Shown here in pieces: positions 55,119 to 64,000 of a stretch of 64,000 nt of DNA (position 1 is its first letter; each line of letters begins with the position of its first letter). Made by a program: the position numbers and the translations under genes. Origin of the DNA: Acidobacteriota bacterium (GTDB lineage: Bacteria; Acidobacteriota; Blastocatellia; UBA7656); the NCBI GenBank assembly GCA_038040455.1, contig JBBPIH010000006.1, forward strand, positions 47,176 to 111,175. Direction: 5' to 3'. The notes under the pieces are model-generated. The model ran no database searches and had not been told where the DNA came from. It saw only the letters and a list, made by a program, of their open reading frames with translations.

Positions 55119-56459
55119 TCAATTCCTGACGCAAAAGAGCGCGTCCTGACTGCGAAGATAGATGCTGCCTCCCGCGATGGCTGGCGTAGCAATGAACATC
55201 TGGTCCGTCAGAGTGTTGACGGCGAGCACCTCATACTTCTCGCCCATTCTGACGACTACCACGTCGCCTTCTTCGGTAGCGAGATATAGCTTGCCGTTTG
55301 CCCCCACAGGAGAAGCTTTGAAGTTGTAAGTCCTGGGCAAGCGCTGCTGAAGGTAGTGCGGCTTGCCGGTGCTGGCATCCAGGCAGCTAAGCGTGCCGCG
55401 GTCGCTAACAAAGTAGAGCTTGTTGTCGTGGAGCACAGGCGATCCAGTATAAGCATTGCCGCGATTGTTGGTCCAAAGAACAGCGTCCGTCCCGGTAAGG
55501 TCGCCTTCGCGCCCAAGCCGGATGGCCAGCAGGTTCGGCTCGCGGTGGCCACTCATAACGTAGACGACACCGCCGGTGATCACGGGCGCCGGAATCACGT
55601 TGCTGCCCAGGCCGGCGCACTCCCAAATGAGCTTGCCCGTGGCAGGATCATACGAGCGCACCTTGGTCGTGGCGCTTACCACCATCTGCTTGCGTCCGTT
55701 GTGTGTGACGATCAGCGGCGGTGACCAGGAACTGCCTTCGTCACGCGATACCCGCCAGATTTCCTTCCCGCTCCGCTTGTCGAGCGCCAGCAAGTGAGAA
55801 CCCTGCTCCTGATCGAACTTCAGATAAAGTGTATTGCCATCAAGGACGGCAGCTACGCCTTCGCCGAATCCGAGACGCATGCGCATAGGGGAAAACGCCT
55901 TCTCCCAGACGAGCTTGCCGTTGAGGTCATAGCAATAGATACCGCGCGACCCGAAGAAGGCATACAGGTGCTTGCCGTCGGTCACCGGGCTGTTGGACGC
56001 GAAGCTCCCATAAAGGTGATGGTAGCCTTCATGCGGCGTCGCGACTTTAGCGACACGCTCCCACAGAACTTTGCCATTTCGGCGATCGAGGCACATGACA
56101 ACGAACTTATGCTCGCGCCCGGCGCTAGCTCCGCCTCCGGGGCCGCGCCCCTGCCGTTGGGTTTGCGGCGTCGCGGATGCCGTTGCGCCCTCTGTGGGGA
56201 CGGCAGTCGTGAGAAAGATCTTGTCGCCCCAGATGACTGGCGAAGAATTGCCACGGCCGGGGATTGCCACGCGCCAGGCGATATTCTTTGTGTCGCTCCA
56301 CTCGTGGGGTGCGTCGCCACGGGCCATTCCATCATCTTTGAGCCCGCGCCACTGGGGCCAATCATCTTGCGCCGTGAACAGCGCGAAGCCTAACAGCATA
56401 GCCACATTGATCACGTTCACTTTCGAGTTACCTCCTAAGAAATGTCCGACCATTGACAA
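55119..56459 (-). CDS. secreted PQQ-like beta-propeller repeat protein (446 aa); diverged paralog of 28276..29604
   Basis: Signal peptide, WPQWRG motif, and repeated nSSPvv.gdk.f blades. Confidence 0.75.
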   Translation of the reverse strand: MSMVGHFLGGNSKVNVINVAMLLGFALFTAQDDWPQWRGLKDDGMARGDAPHEWSDTKNIAWRVAIPGRGNSSPVIWGDKIFLTTAVPTEGATASATPQTQRQGRGPGGGASAGREHKFVVMCLDRRNGKVLWERVAKVATPHEGYHHLYGSFASNSPVTDGKHLYAFFGSRGIYCYDLNGKLVWEKAFSPMRMRLGFGEGVAAVLDGNTLYLKFDQEQGSHLLALDKRSGKEIWRVSRDEGSSWSPPLIVTHNGRKQMVVSATTKVRSYDPATGKLIWECAGLGSNVIPAPVITGGVVYVMSGHREPNLLAIRLGREGDLTGTDAVLWTNNRGNAYTGSPVLHDNKLYFVSDRGTLSCLDASTGKPHYLQQRLPRTYNFKASPVGANGKLYLATEEGDVVVVRMGEKYEVLAVNTLTDQMFIATPAIAGGSIYLRSQDALFCVRN

Positions 56460-56640
56460 CGCAGGCGACGCCTCAGCCTTAACGAACCTGCAGAGGTCAG
56501 ATTATATTCTCAAATAACTGGACCAGGTCAAAGGAGTATTGTCGAAATGAGCTTGGAGATCGAACACAGGATAGTTCCTGGGACAGTGCGATGATTGAAC
56601 CATTTTGCAGAATCGAAGTTCGTTCTCTCCCGTTCTGATA

Positions 56641-56768
56641 TTGAGAATCGCGATGCTATGATGCCGGTGAGTTCCTGGGCTCGCACAAGGGAGTCACATG
56701 AGCACAACGCTTAATCCTGAAATCGCGGCCCTGCGGGAAAAGGTTGAAGAGCACGGCAAGGAGCTCAT
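56641..56768. repeat. direct repeat copy 2 (truncated duplicate of the promoter + 5' end of the small gene)
   Basis: TGcTATGAT, ggagtcacATG, then MSTTLNPEIAALREKVEEHGKEL running into antisense of the hydrolase gene. It stops 4 nt before the hydrolase stop codon. Confidence 0.7.
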
Positions 56769-56772
56769 AGCT

Positions 56773-57858
56773 TCATCGCTCTTTTTGTCCTGCCGTTTCA
56801 CCTTTCAGTGACAACCCAAGGTACTGCCGGAACCAGTTGGCGGCAGCGTTGGAACTGACCTCGAAAGCGTCGCCGATGTACATCTCGAAATGGGTGATCC
56901 CAGGCACGTCGATTAGCTTCTTCGGGCCCGTAAGCACCTCCAGCGCGGCGTAGGAATTATCACGGTTGTTTATTAGTTCCTCCTTCTCAGCCACGATCAG
57001 AAGGACCGGTCTATCGCCGACACTTTTCAGATAGTGGAATGGGCGGTACTCGGCAACCATCTGCTGCGTTTCAATATCCACCATCCTCCGCGTCGAGAAA
57101 CCCGTCTCGAATTCGCCGCCTTGTCCCGTCCGAGCGCGTTTGATCGCGTCTTCGAGCAGTCTGCTGCTGAGCGCGAGAGGTCCGCCAGGCGAGTTCTTTC
57201 CTCCGATGGCCGGCACTTGACCAACTACAGCTTTGACCCGCGAATCAAGCGCCGCGACCACGATTACATTGCCGCCGGCAAAGCTCGATCCCCAGATGCC
57301 AATGCGGTCCGGATCTACGCCAGCTTCGCCCTGCAAGTAGGAGACGGCATTCCGATAGTCCTCGACCTGTTTCATGGGAATGAGCCGCGTACGTTTGAGA
57401 ACGACGTCCGCTTTAGTGTTGGTAACCCGCTTGTCGTCCCTCGTAGGTTCAGGGTCGGCCCTTGTCACCGTGGGTTGAGCCTGGGAAATGAAGCCATCGC
57501 TTGAGCCCCACCCACGATAGTCAATCACCATTGCCACCAGTCCGCGCTCGGCAAATCGCGCTCCGTATTTCTCAATCGAGAAGTGCGTACCCGCCCAACC
57601 CTGTCCCAGCACCACGCCCGGGACCTTGCCGGCCGGAGCAAATCCTTTTGGAAAGAAAATCTTCGCGTAGCAGGCTACGCCGTCGCTGTAGTAAGTGACC
57701 TCCTTCGAAGTCACTCCCTCAGCCAGTTTGTATGCCCAGTCTTCCTTCGTCAGCCCTGTCTTTATCTTCTTATCCTGCGCGAAGGACACGACCGAGAGGC
57801 AGATCGCGAGCGAAGCTATCAGTACTGATGTAACCGTCTTTTTCATAATCAATCTCAT
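56773..57858 (-). CDS. secreted alpha/beta-hydrolase (dienelactone-hydrolase / S9-S15 peptidase-like)
   Basis: Signal peptide MKKTVTSVLIASLAICLSVVSFAQ. GxSxG nucleophile elbow (IGIWGSSFAGGNV). C-terminal His region. Confidence 0.75.
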   Translation of the reverse strand: MRLIMKKTVTSVLIASLAICLSVVSFAQDKKIKTGLTKEDWAYKLAEGVTSKEVTYYSDGVACYAKIFFPKGFAPAGKVPGVVLGQGWAGTHFSIEKYGARFAERGLVAMVIDYRGWGSSDGFISQAQPTVTRADPEPTRDDKRVTNTKADVVLKRTRLIPMKQVEDYRNAVSYLQGEAGVDPDRIGIWGSSFAGGNVIVVAALDSRVKAVVGQVPAIGGKNSPGGPLALSSRLLEDAIKRARTGQGGEFETGFSTRRMVDIETQQMVAEYRPFHYLKSVGDRPVLLIVAEKEELINNRDNSYAALEVLTGPKKLIDVPGITHFEMYIGDAFEVSSNAAANWFRQYLGLSLKGETAGQKER

Positions 57859-57871
57859 CAGAGTGAAAACG

Positions 57872-57966
57872 ATGAACCTGTAAAGGCGTCCCTCCGGAGG
57901 GTCGCCTCTCGCATACGTCGGACGAATAAGGGGCGCCCCCGGCGGGACGCCCTTTACAGGTCTTCT
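57872..57966. repeat. REP-like imperfect palindrome, family copy B (gatgaacctgtaaaggcgtccctccggagggtcgcc ... ggcgcccccggcgggacgccctttacaggtcttc)
   Basis: Read directly; ~80% arm complementarity. Lies between the hydrolase start and the TonB receptor stop. Confidence 0.65.
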
Positions 57967-58016
57967 GAATGCTGTTCATCGGAAGTGACTTATCTGACTA
58001 GTACCGACTGCTCCGA

Positions 58017-61000
58017 CTAAAACGCGAACTTCAGACCTAACAGGAGCTGTCTGGGTGCGAACGCAGTGGTGAAGCTCAGCGGTTCACCCTTTCTGAAGTC
58101 GCGGTCACGCCGCCCGTGGAGCCGCACCTCGCCAGAAAGGTAATCGATCGCGGTGGGGTTCCCGGCTGCATCGAACGCCGTAGGGACTAGCTCGTTCACG
58201 GAGGCGAAGTTCGTGCGGTTGAAAAGATTCCCGCCGTCAACGCTGAACTCGATGCGCTTCGCACTTTCAGCCCCAAAGCGGAAAGACTTACTTAGTCGCA
58301 TGTTGACGCTATTGAAGTCTGGCCCGATCCCCGTGTTGCGGCCGATGTAAAAGAGGCGATCGGTCGGGCTGCGAGTGTCGCCATTGATGTCGACGCCGGT
58401 CCGGATCGTAAAAGGAATTCCGCTGCGGATGAAGATGCTCGGGCTGAGCGTGATATCCGCCAACGCGCGTGACCCGAAATTGTGTCCGGCGCCGGCTTTG
58501 AACGGACTCACAAAGACACCGCTGACGACGAAGTTGCTTCGCACGTCGAAGGTCGATAGTGATCGCTCGGTGCCCAGCCGCGATGGGAACGGCGGCGCAA
58601 AGGCGGAGTTGAAATCAGTCTGATCGTCAATCGCCTTGCTAAAGCTGTAGTTGGCCTGGAAGGAGAAGTAATCACTGAAACGCTTCGTCAGCGAGAACGT
58701 CACCCCGTGATAGATCGAGCTGCCGCGCGATTGGTAATCGGTGAACTGCGTGATGCCGGCATCGTTAATCCGCCCGCACTGCGTGTTTTCGATATTGACC
58801 ACCCCAGTTGAACAAACGCGGTAAAGCGGACCCAGGACGCGGAAGTTGCGCGTAGCGAGGGCAGCCTTCTGCGCTGCGTTCGTAGCCGGACAGCCCGGAG
58901 TCCCCGCCTCGCAATAGTTAAGCGGGACCGGCTGCTGAATGTGGAGCCCGTGGTACATCTGATAGGTGATTTCAACGCTGATGCTGTTGGTGAGCTGACG
59001 CTGAATCCCGAGATTGGCTTGAATCGCGTAGTTGTTTTTGTAGTCCGGGTTCAAGTCGAACAGAACCCGTCCCGGCGCCCCGGCTGCGGTCGAGATCCCC
59101 AGAGCATTGACGTCTGCCTCAGTCAGGACGCTGAAAGGATACTTGCCCTGGGCGATGCCCGCCTGATAGACGGCCGCCACGCCGTTTAGTGGACTCCTTG
59201 CAATCTGGTTGATGTACGTACCGCTGCCGTTGAGGATGCTGGTGTAGCCCGGAATCTGTATGTAAATCGGTGAGTAGAAAACTCCGCTGCCCCCGCGCAG
59301 CAGAGTCTTGCCGTCACCGGTCACTTGCCACGCAAACCCGAAACGCGGCGAGAAGTAGGCGTGCCGCGGTACTGGCTGCGGCTCGCCGTCCCAATCAACC
59401 CTGCCACCGACATCAAGGGTAAGGCGCGGATGCACCTTCCACTTATCTTGGGCGAAACCGCCGAGATAGTGACCGGTACCCTCCCAGGTCGAATTATTGA
59501 ATCCTTGCCGGTAGAGGAACGGCAAATTAAGATTGAAGTTCTGCAAGGGGTTCAGTTGAATGCCGGCCCCCGCACCGGCAGCGGCTGCAAACGCCGTCCG
59601 ATCGGCTCCGGCGGGTACTGCCAACGCGATAGGGTAGGCGGCGCTCGACAGGAATTGGTATTCCCCGGCAAACCAGAGATCATTCCGGAAATTGTAGTGG
59701 ACCGGACGATACGACCCGCCAAACTTGAACGTGTGGCTACCCCGGATCCAGGTCAGAGTGTCCTCAAACTGGGCGCGCCACTGGTGGACGATATAGGGAG
59801 CGCCGAAGTTGCGGCCGAAGCCCGCCGGAGCGCTTGTACCGCTCAGGCCAGTGATGAGCACGCCTACCTGAGCCGGCTCAGGTGGAGCGGTCACCGCCGA
59901 GTTGCCGGGCGAGAATTGCCCGCGCATCTGATTGATCATATTGCTCCCAAAATTGTGGGTCCAGTTAATGACCGTCGAGTAGTCGCGATAGGTCAAGCTA
60001 TTGCTTACGGAAGGGGATGTTCCGTTACTGGTGCCGGGGTCATCCGTAAAATTCCGAGTCAGGGTAAAACGCGCGTTGATGGCGTCGCTGCTGGTGGCCT
60101 GGTAATCCACCCGTGTGCTCCACGTATTCAGCCGCGCCACACCATTGAACGTGCCTTCGTTTTCGGTCAAGATCTTGAAGGTGTTCGGATAGGTGGCAGC
60201 GGTCGTGGTCAGGGCCTTGCGCAGATTGCTGGAAATGCGCTGCACGTTGGCACTCGGGTTGGCGTCCAGCGTGGCGAGCAGCGTCGACTGGGCAGCGTTG
60301 GGCTGCAATAGCGCGTTGTCGGTGTAAAAGCGAAAACGAGCGTTGTCGTTTTGCCGGCGTTCATAGTTTGTGAAAAAGAACAGCTTGTTTTTGGCGATCG
60401 GCCCACCAAGAGTAAATCCCGGAAAGAGCTGGCGGTCACTGGCTCGCGGATTTGTGAAATCGAAGAAATTGCGCGCTGAAGTCTTATCCGAGCGGTAGAA
60501 GATATACCCGCTGCCGTGGAACTGGTTCGTGCCGCTCTTGGTGATGACGTTGACCGCCGTGCCTGCCGTAAAGCCAAACTCCGCAGTGAAGGAGTTACGG
60601 TTGACCTGAAACTCTTGAATCGACTCGGTGCCGATATCGAAGCGGGCTTGGCCGGAACCGTACTCATTCTCGCCGCCGTCAACCGTGATGAGATTGTTGC
60701 GCCCGTTGCTGCCGCCAACTGAGAATCCGGAGGTGCCGAAGCCCGTAATACGACCCGCAAGCTGGGCCCGAGGGGCGTCCGAGTTCCCCACGCCCCCCAG
60801 GGTGTAAACATAACTCTGGAAGGTGCGGCCGACGTTGGGCAAATTTTCAACCTGGCGTCTATCGATTGTGTTCGCTTGCTGCGTTCTCTCGACTTCGATC
60901 ACCGGCGCTTCCGAAGTGACCTCAACCTGCGCCTTCACGCCCGCCGGCTGCAACTCGATGTCATAGACCGCTGTCGCCCCAACGGTGATTTCCGCTTTGG

Positions 61001-61286
61001 GGATGACTGCGGTCTCAAAGCCCTGGGCTTCTATGCGAACCTCGTAGACGCCCGGCTGCAGAGTAGGTATCACGTAGGAACCGTCGCCCTCGGTCTTTCC
61101 GGTTCGAGTGGTCCCTCGCTCCGTGCTCTTCACAGTCACGGTCGCTCCAGCGATCACCGCTTTATTCTGATCGGTGACTGTTCCCTTGATAGTCGCGGAT
61201 GAAACGTCCGCCTGAGCGAAAGCGGGAATGACTCCCGCCAAAACGAACATCATCGAAAGCCCTAACTGAAAGATCTTTGCTTTCAT
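58017..61286 (-). CDS. TonB-dependent outer-membrane receptor with an N-terminal carboxypeptidase-regulatory-like domain (start at MKAKIFQLGLSMMFVLAGVIPAFAQA; AGGAGG 8 nt upstream; the ORF track extends to 61526)
   Basis: Signal peptide, then IKGTVTDQNKAVIAGATVTVKS (CarbopepD_reg), a plug, a long beta-barrel, and a C-terminal ...LLLGLKFAF with the terminal aromatic typical of TBDRs. Confidence 0.85.
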   Translation of the reverse strand: MKAKIFQLGLSMMFVLAGVIPAFAQADVSSATIKGTVTDQNKAVIAGATVTVKSTERGTTRTGKTEGDGSYVIPTLQPGVYEVRIEAQGFETAVIPKAEITVGATAVYDIELQPAGVKAQVEVTSEAPVIEVERTQQANTIDRRQVENLPNVGRTFQSYVYTLGGVGNSDAPRAQLAGRITGFGTSGFSVGGSNGRNNLITVDGGENEYGSGQARFDIGTESIQEFQVNRNSFTAEFGFTAGTAVNVITKSGTNQFHGSGYIFYRSDKTSARNFFDFTNPRASDRQLFPGFTLGGPIAKNKLFFFTNYERRQNDNARFRFYTDNALLQPNAAQSTLLATLDANPSANVQRISSNLRKALTTTAATYPNTFKILTENEGTFNGVARLNTWSTRVDYQATSSDAINARFTLTRNFTDDPGTSNGTSPSVSNSLTYRDYSTVINWTHNFGSNMINQMRGQFSPGNSAVTAPPEPAQVGVLITGLSGTSAPAGFGRNFGAPYIVHQWRAQFEDTLTWIRGSHTFKFGGSYRPVHYNFRNDLWFAGEYQFLSSAAYPIALAVPAGADRTAFAAAAGAGAGIQLNPLQNFNLNLPFLYRQGFNNSTWEGTGHYLGGFAQDKWKVHPRLTLDVGGRVDWDGEPQPVPRHAYFSPRFGFAWQVTGDGKTLLRGGSGVFYSPIYIQIPGYTSILNGSGTYINQIARSPLNGVAAVYQAGIAQGKYPFSVLTEADVNALGISTAAGAPGRVLFDLNPDYKNNYAIQANLGIQRQLTNSISVEITYQMYHGLHIQQPVPLNYCEAGTPGCPATNAAQKAALATRNFRVLGPLYRVCSTGVVNIENTQCGRINDAGITQFTDYQSRGSSIYHGVTFSLTKRFSDYFSFQANYSFSKAIDDQTDFNSAFAPPFPSRLGTERSLSTFDVRSNFVVSGVFVSPFKAGAGHNFGSRALADITLSPSIFIRSGIPFTIRTGVDINGDTRSPTDRLFYIGRNTGIGPDFNSVNMRLSKSFRFGAESAKRIEFSVDGGNLFNRTNFASVNELVPTAFDAAGNPTAIDYLSGEVRLHGRRDRDFRKGEPLSFTTAFAPRQLLLGLKFAF

Positions 61287-61659
61287 TTTTCTACCTCCTG
61301 AGGTGAGCAGTTTGAGTGAACATCGCTGAGCGAGCCGTTCCGCGCAGTATCGAGGCTGACCCAGCCGAAGATACCAGGCGTCGGGTGACGGCCGCAGAAA
61401 CAAGCGACTTAAGCTTGTGCTGTGCACGACTACCCTTTGTCGTGAAATACTTAAACGAGCGGAAAAATGCCGGAAGATGAAGCCAGCACGAAACCCTGAC
61501 TTTAGGAGTGTAGGAAGTAACATCATCGCAACTCATGTTTAGCCGTTCTGCCGCAGCCCAGACAATGGAACGGATGGGGCACCCCGTTGCCATTTCTTAA
61601 AGAACAACACTCTGCCTTCAAGCCTCATAGAATCGGGATGGCCGCTCCGCCTGGTAGCT

Positions 61660-61677
61660 ACCGACCGGCCGGTCGGT
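61660..61677. repeat. perfect 18-bp palindrome accgaccggccggtcggt
   Basis: Read directly. ~375 bp upstream of the TonB receptor start and ~110 bp downstream of tetR. Confidence 0.7.
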
Positions 61678-61788
61678 TGCCGATATTATCGCGGCCCGTA
61701 CTTCTTGTCAATCAGTATCAACCAGATGAGTGCCGTTCGCTTGAGCACTGGCAACCTCAACGGCGTAGCGCGGACCCTCGCCGGCGAT

Positions 61789-62436
61789 TCATCGCCGCGC
61801 GCGTCCTGCTTGCGGCCGCAGCAGTCCACCCAACGCTATCTTTTCCACCTCTTCTGAAACCTGTTCGGGCGTCAGCCGGCCCTCGGGATTATACCAGCGT
61901 GAAAGCCACAGGATCATACCGAGTAAGCTGAACGAGGCGGCAGTTAGATCCAGATCCCTCAACCTTCCCTTCGCCTTGAGCTGCTCGAGGGTCTCTCGAA
62001 TCAGTTCCACATAAGCGCGCTTACGCTGATCGGTCTTACGGCGCTGCGCGGGAGTAAGCCCGGCGACCTCGTCCACCACGATAGTGACTGGGCTATTTCT
62101 TTGCGGAGTGCTGCGGGAGGTGATCAAACGCACGTGGCTGGTAATGATCGTTCGCAACCGTTGCTCGGCGTCGGTGACGGCGCGCGCCGGACCGATCACT
62201 TGCTCGTCCAGCGAATCCAATCCGAAGCTCATAATATTGAAGAGCAGATTTCTTTTCCCGGAAACGTGATGGTAGAGGCCCGATTTCGTGATCCCGACAG
62301 CTTCGGCGATGTCGTTCATAGAGGTCGCATCGTAGCCTTTTTCGCAAATGATGCTGGCCGCCGCGCGGTAGATCTCAGCCAAACGATCCGGCTCAGTCGA
62401 GGCGGTCAGGCTGAACGGATTTTTTGTTTTCCTCAT
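61789..62436 (-). CDS. TetR/AcrR-family transcriptional regulator (start taken at MRKTKNPFS; the ORF track extends to 62649)
   Basis: HTH TSMNDIAEAVGITKSGLYHHVSGKRNLL and a TetR_C-like remainder. Confidence 0.8.
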   Translation of the reverse strand: MRKTKNPFSLTASTEPDRLAEIYRAAASIICEKGYDATSMNDIAEAVGITKSGLYHHVSGKRNLLFNIMSFGLDSLDEQVIGPARAVTDAEQRLRTIITSHVRLITSRSTPQRNSPVTIVVDEVAGLTPAQRRKTDQRKRAYVELIRETLEQLKAKGRLRDLDLTAASFSLLGMILWLSRWYNPEGRLTPEQVSEEVEKIALGGLLRPQAGRARR

Positions 62437-62716
62437 GGCTACCATAATTGCAAATTGGGGCCGCGACGCTGGGCAACAACCGTTTGATTCGCGTACTGCT
62501 CGGAGCGCCAATATACCGCGTTCGGCTCCCAGAGCCAAGCTCCGAACAACCATCGGTCTATTGCTTAAAAAGCCCCACCGCCCATGACCACAAGGAGGTG
62601 CGTCAAGCTTGGAGCCATTGTCAGAATTCAAGGCGCAGCAAGCCTTCAAGCGTGTTTCAGCGTGAGCGGTACCGGTTGTTTTCCATCAATATCAAGCGGA
62701 GCGCCTGCATTCGGCA

Positions 62717-63607
62717 TCACCGCGTAGCGTCCCGGCGAACAAAAGGCCGCTCTACTTTCTCAGAGGTGAGCCTTCCGTAGAGACGCGCTCTGCGGTAAGC
62801 GTTGCCCCACACTTCTCGCTTACGATAGGCACGGATGCTGTCGATATCGAACGCTGCGAGGCAAACGTCTTCGCATTCTCCCGCTTCAATGATGAGCGTT
62901 TCGCGCGGTTCATCTTCCTCCGGATAAGCCACTCCATCATAGGCCACGGAATGCCCGTTGTTCTGGGGAGCAGCATAGTTGGTCATAGCAACGCCCACCA
63001 TGTTCTCAAAGGCGCGGGTCTTGAACTGACTCAAGCGGTGCTCGTCAAGAGTGGCGGCGTTTGGCGTCAAGATCAGTTCCGCGCCTTCGAGCATTAGAAT
63101 CCGCGCGCTTTCAGGAAACTCCCGGTCAAAGCAGATCATAAACCCGATCTTCACCGGACCCTGCTCGGTATCAAGCGCACACACTGGAAAACCATCGCCG
63201 GGTGTTAGCGCAGCCTCTATATCAAATTCGCAGGTATGTACCTTCGCGTAGGTCAGCACGACCTCGCCGTGACGGTCAATCAGAGACACGGAATTGCGCG
63301 GCGCCCCGTTCCACTTCTCGAGGTACGTCAGCGCAATCGCCATGTTCAGCTCTCTAGCGAGATTTCGAAAGTGGACAATGAATGGATCGTCTCGGCCAAT
63401 GGCCAGCGCTTGCCAGCGTTCGCGTTCGCCCTCTTTCTTCGGATCGTAGAAAGTCATGCCGACGCTCCACAGTTCCGGGAACAGGGCGATATCGGCTCCC
63501 ATGGCGCGAGCACGCCGACAGAAGACGTCTCCTTTGGCTTGGCTAGCGTTCTGATCGTTACCGCAACCCGTCATCTGTAACAACGCAACTTTGATACGAG
63601 TTTTCAT
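62717..63607 (-). CDS. carbon-nitrogen hydrolase (nitrilase-superfamily amidase)
   Basis: IKVALLQM..., FPELW (Glu), catalytic Cys in GFMICFDREFPE, and a conserved Lys region. 296 aa. Confidence 0.85.
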   Translation of the reverse strand: MKTRIKVALLQMTGCGNDQNASQAKGDVFCRRARAMGADIALFPELWSVGMTFYDPKKEGERERWQALAIGRDDPFIVHFRNLARELNMAIALTYLEKWNGAPRNSVSLIDRHGEVVLTYAKVHTCEFDIEAALTPGDGFPVCALDTEQGPVKIGFMICFDREFPESARILMLEGAELILTPNAATLDEHRLSQFKTRAFENMVGVAMTNYAAPQNNGHSVAYDGVAYPEEDEPRETLIIEAGECEDVCLAAFDIDSIRAYRKREVWGNAYRRARLYGRLTSEKVERPFVRRDATR

Positions 63608-63804
63608 TGTTTGTTTCCCATGCGCGACTCAATAGCCCGAATGTTACGAGCAGGCTCCTGTGCAAGCAAGTGGGTATGACTCGGCACAGGCTGAGTCAAC
63701 CCATTGCGTGCTGCACTTCAGATTGCGGCTTGTGATAAGCTACGCGTGAGTAGGACGAATAGACATCCAACCAATACGCTGAACGAGGACGAGGACGCTG
63801 ACTG

Positions 63805-64000
63805 GTGGATCTCGAAGTAATCCGCGAGCGAATACGCGCCGGGAACTACTTGATCAAGCCCCACGCGGTGCAGCATGCCTTGAAGGAAGGTTTCGATCGT
63901 GAGCACATGGTTGAGGCCATCCTCGGAGGAATGATTATCGAAGAGTAAGCGAACCAGCAGCGAGTGTTAATCTGTGGCAGGACGAGCCTCTCAGAAAAGG
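63805..64000 (+). pseudogene. DUF4258-family toxin-like ORF with an in-frame TAA (63946-63948) at the conserved Tyr position; runs off the window
   Basis: VDLEVIRERIRAGNYLIKPHAVQHALKEGFDREHMVEAILGGMIIEE*ANQQRVLICGRT matches DUF4258 (HAxERMxERGI...VLxxGEIIEEYPxDxPxPSxLILGxT). The stop replaces Y. The reading frame continues with family-like sequence after the stop. Confidence 0.5.

Noticed and set aside
58017-61526. 1169-aa extent of the TonB-dependent receptor ORF
   Set aside because: The first 80 codons lack signal-peptide character. An internal Met at 61286 has a perfect AGGAGG RBS and is followed by a classic signal peptide.

Overview
A 64-kb chromosomal segment with ~60% GC, most likely from an Acidobacteriota genome. 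Its core, 7.6-51.1 kb, is a single-strand (minus) tandem array of 13 intact FtsX/MacB-type 'ADOP' permease paralogs (~805-881 aa, all ending ...VDPMxALRYE), plus one internally deleted pseudogene and two orphan 5' fragments. A canonical PadR-family regulator heads the array. Nearly every intergenic gap in the array holds an unusual imperfect palindrome built from tandem heptamers (GGTTCAG / GGTTTCT / GAAGATT / GGATTTT, with complements in the opposite arm). The ADOP 5' module (palindrome plus first ~36 codons) has been copied onto a beta-lactamase-family gene to make a chimera. Upstream of the array, 2.2-6.5 kb, lie a truncated beta-lactamase-family fragment, a blaI-blaR1-like pair whose M56 sensor carries C-terminal HEAT repeats, and a DUF4097 protein. 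Downstream, 51.2-57.9 kb, is a lower-GC accessory island. It carries a two-gene operon encoding a DarT-like (DUF4433) DNA ADP-ribosyltransferase with an extra C-terminal domain, followed 17 nt later by an ADP-ribosylglycohydrolase (ARH) rather than a macrodomain DarG. This is a candidate uncharacterised DarT-ARH toxin-antitoxin or defence pair. The island also holds a ~128-bp promoter-bearing direct repeat flanking a DUF433 + PQQ-propeller module. The window ends with a TonB-dependent receptor, a TetR regulator, a CN-hydrolase and a DUF4258 toxin-like ORF interrupted by an in-frame TAA.
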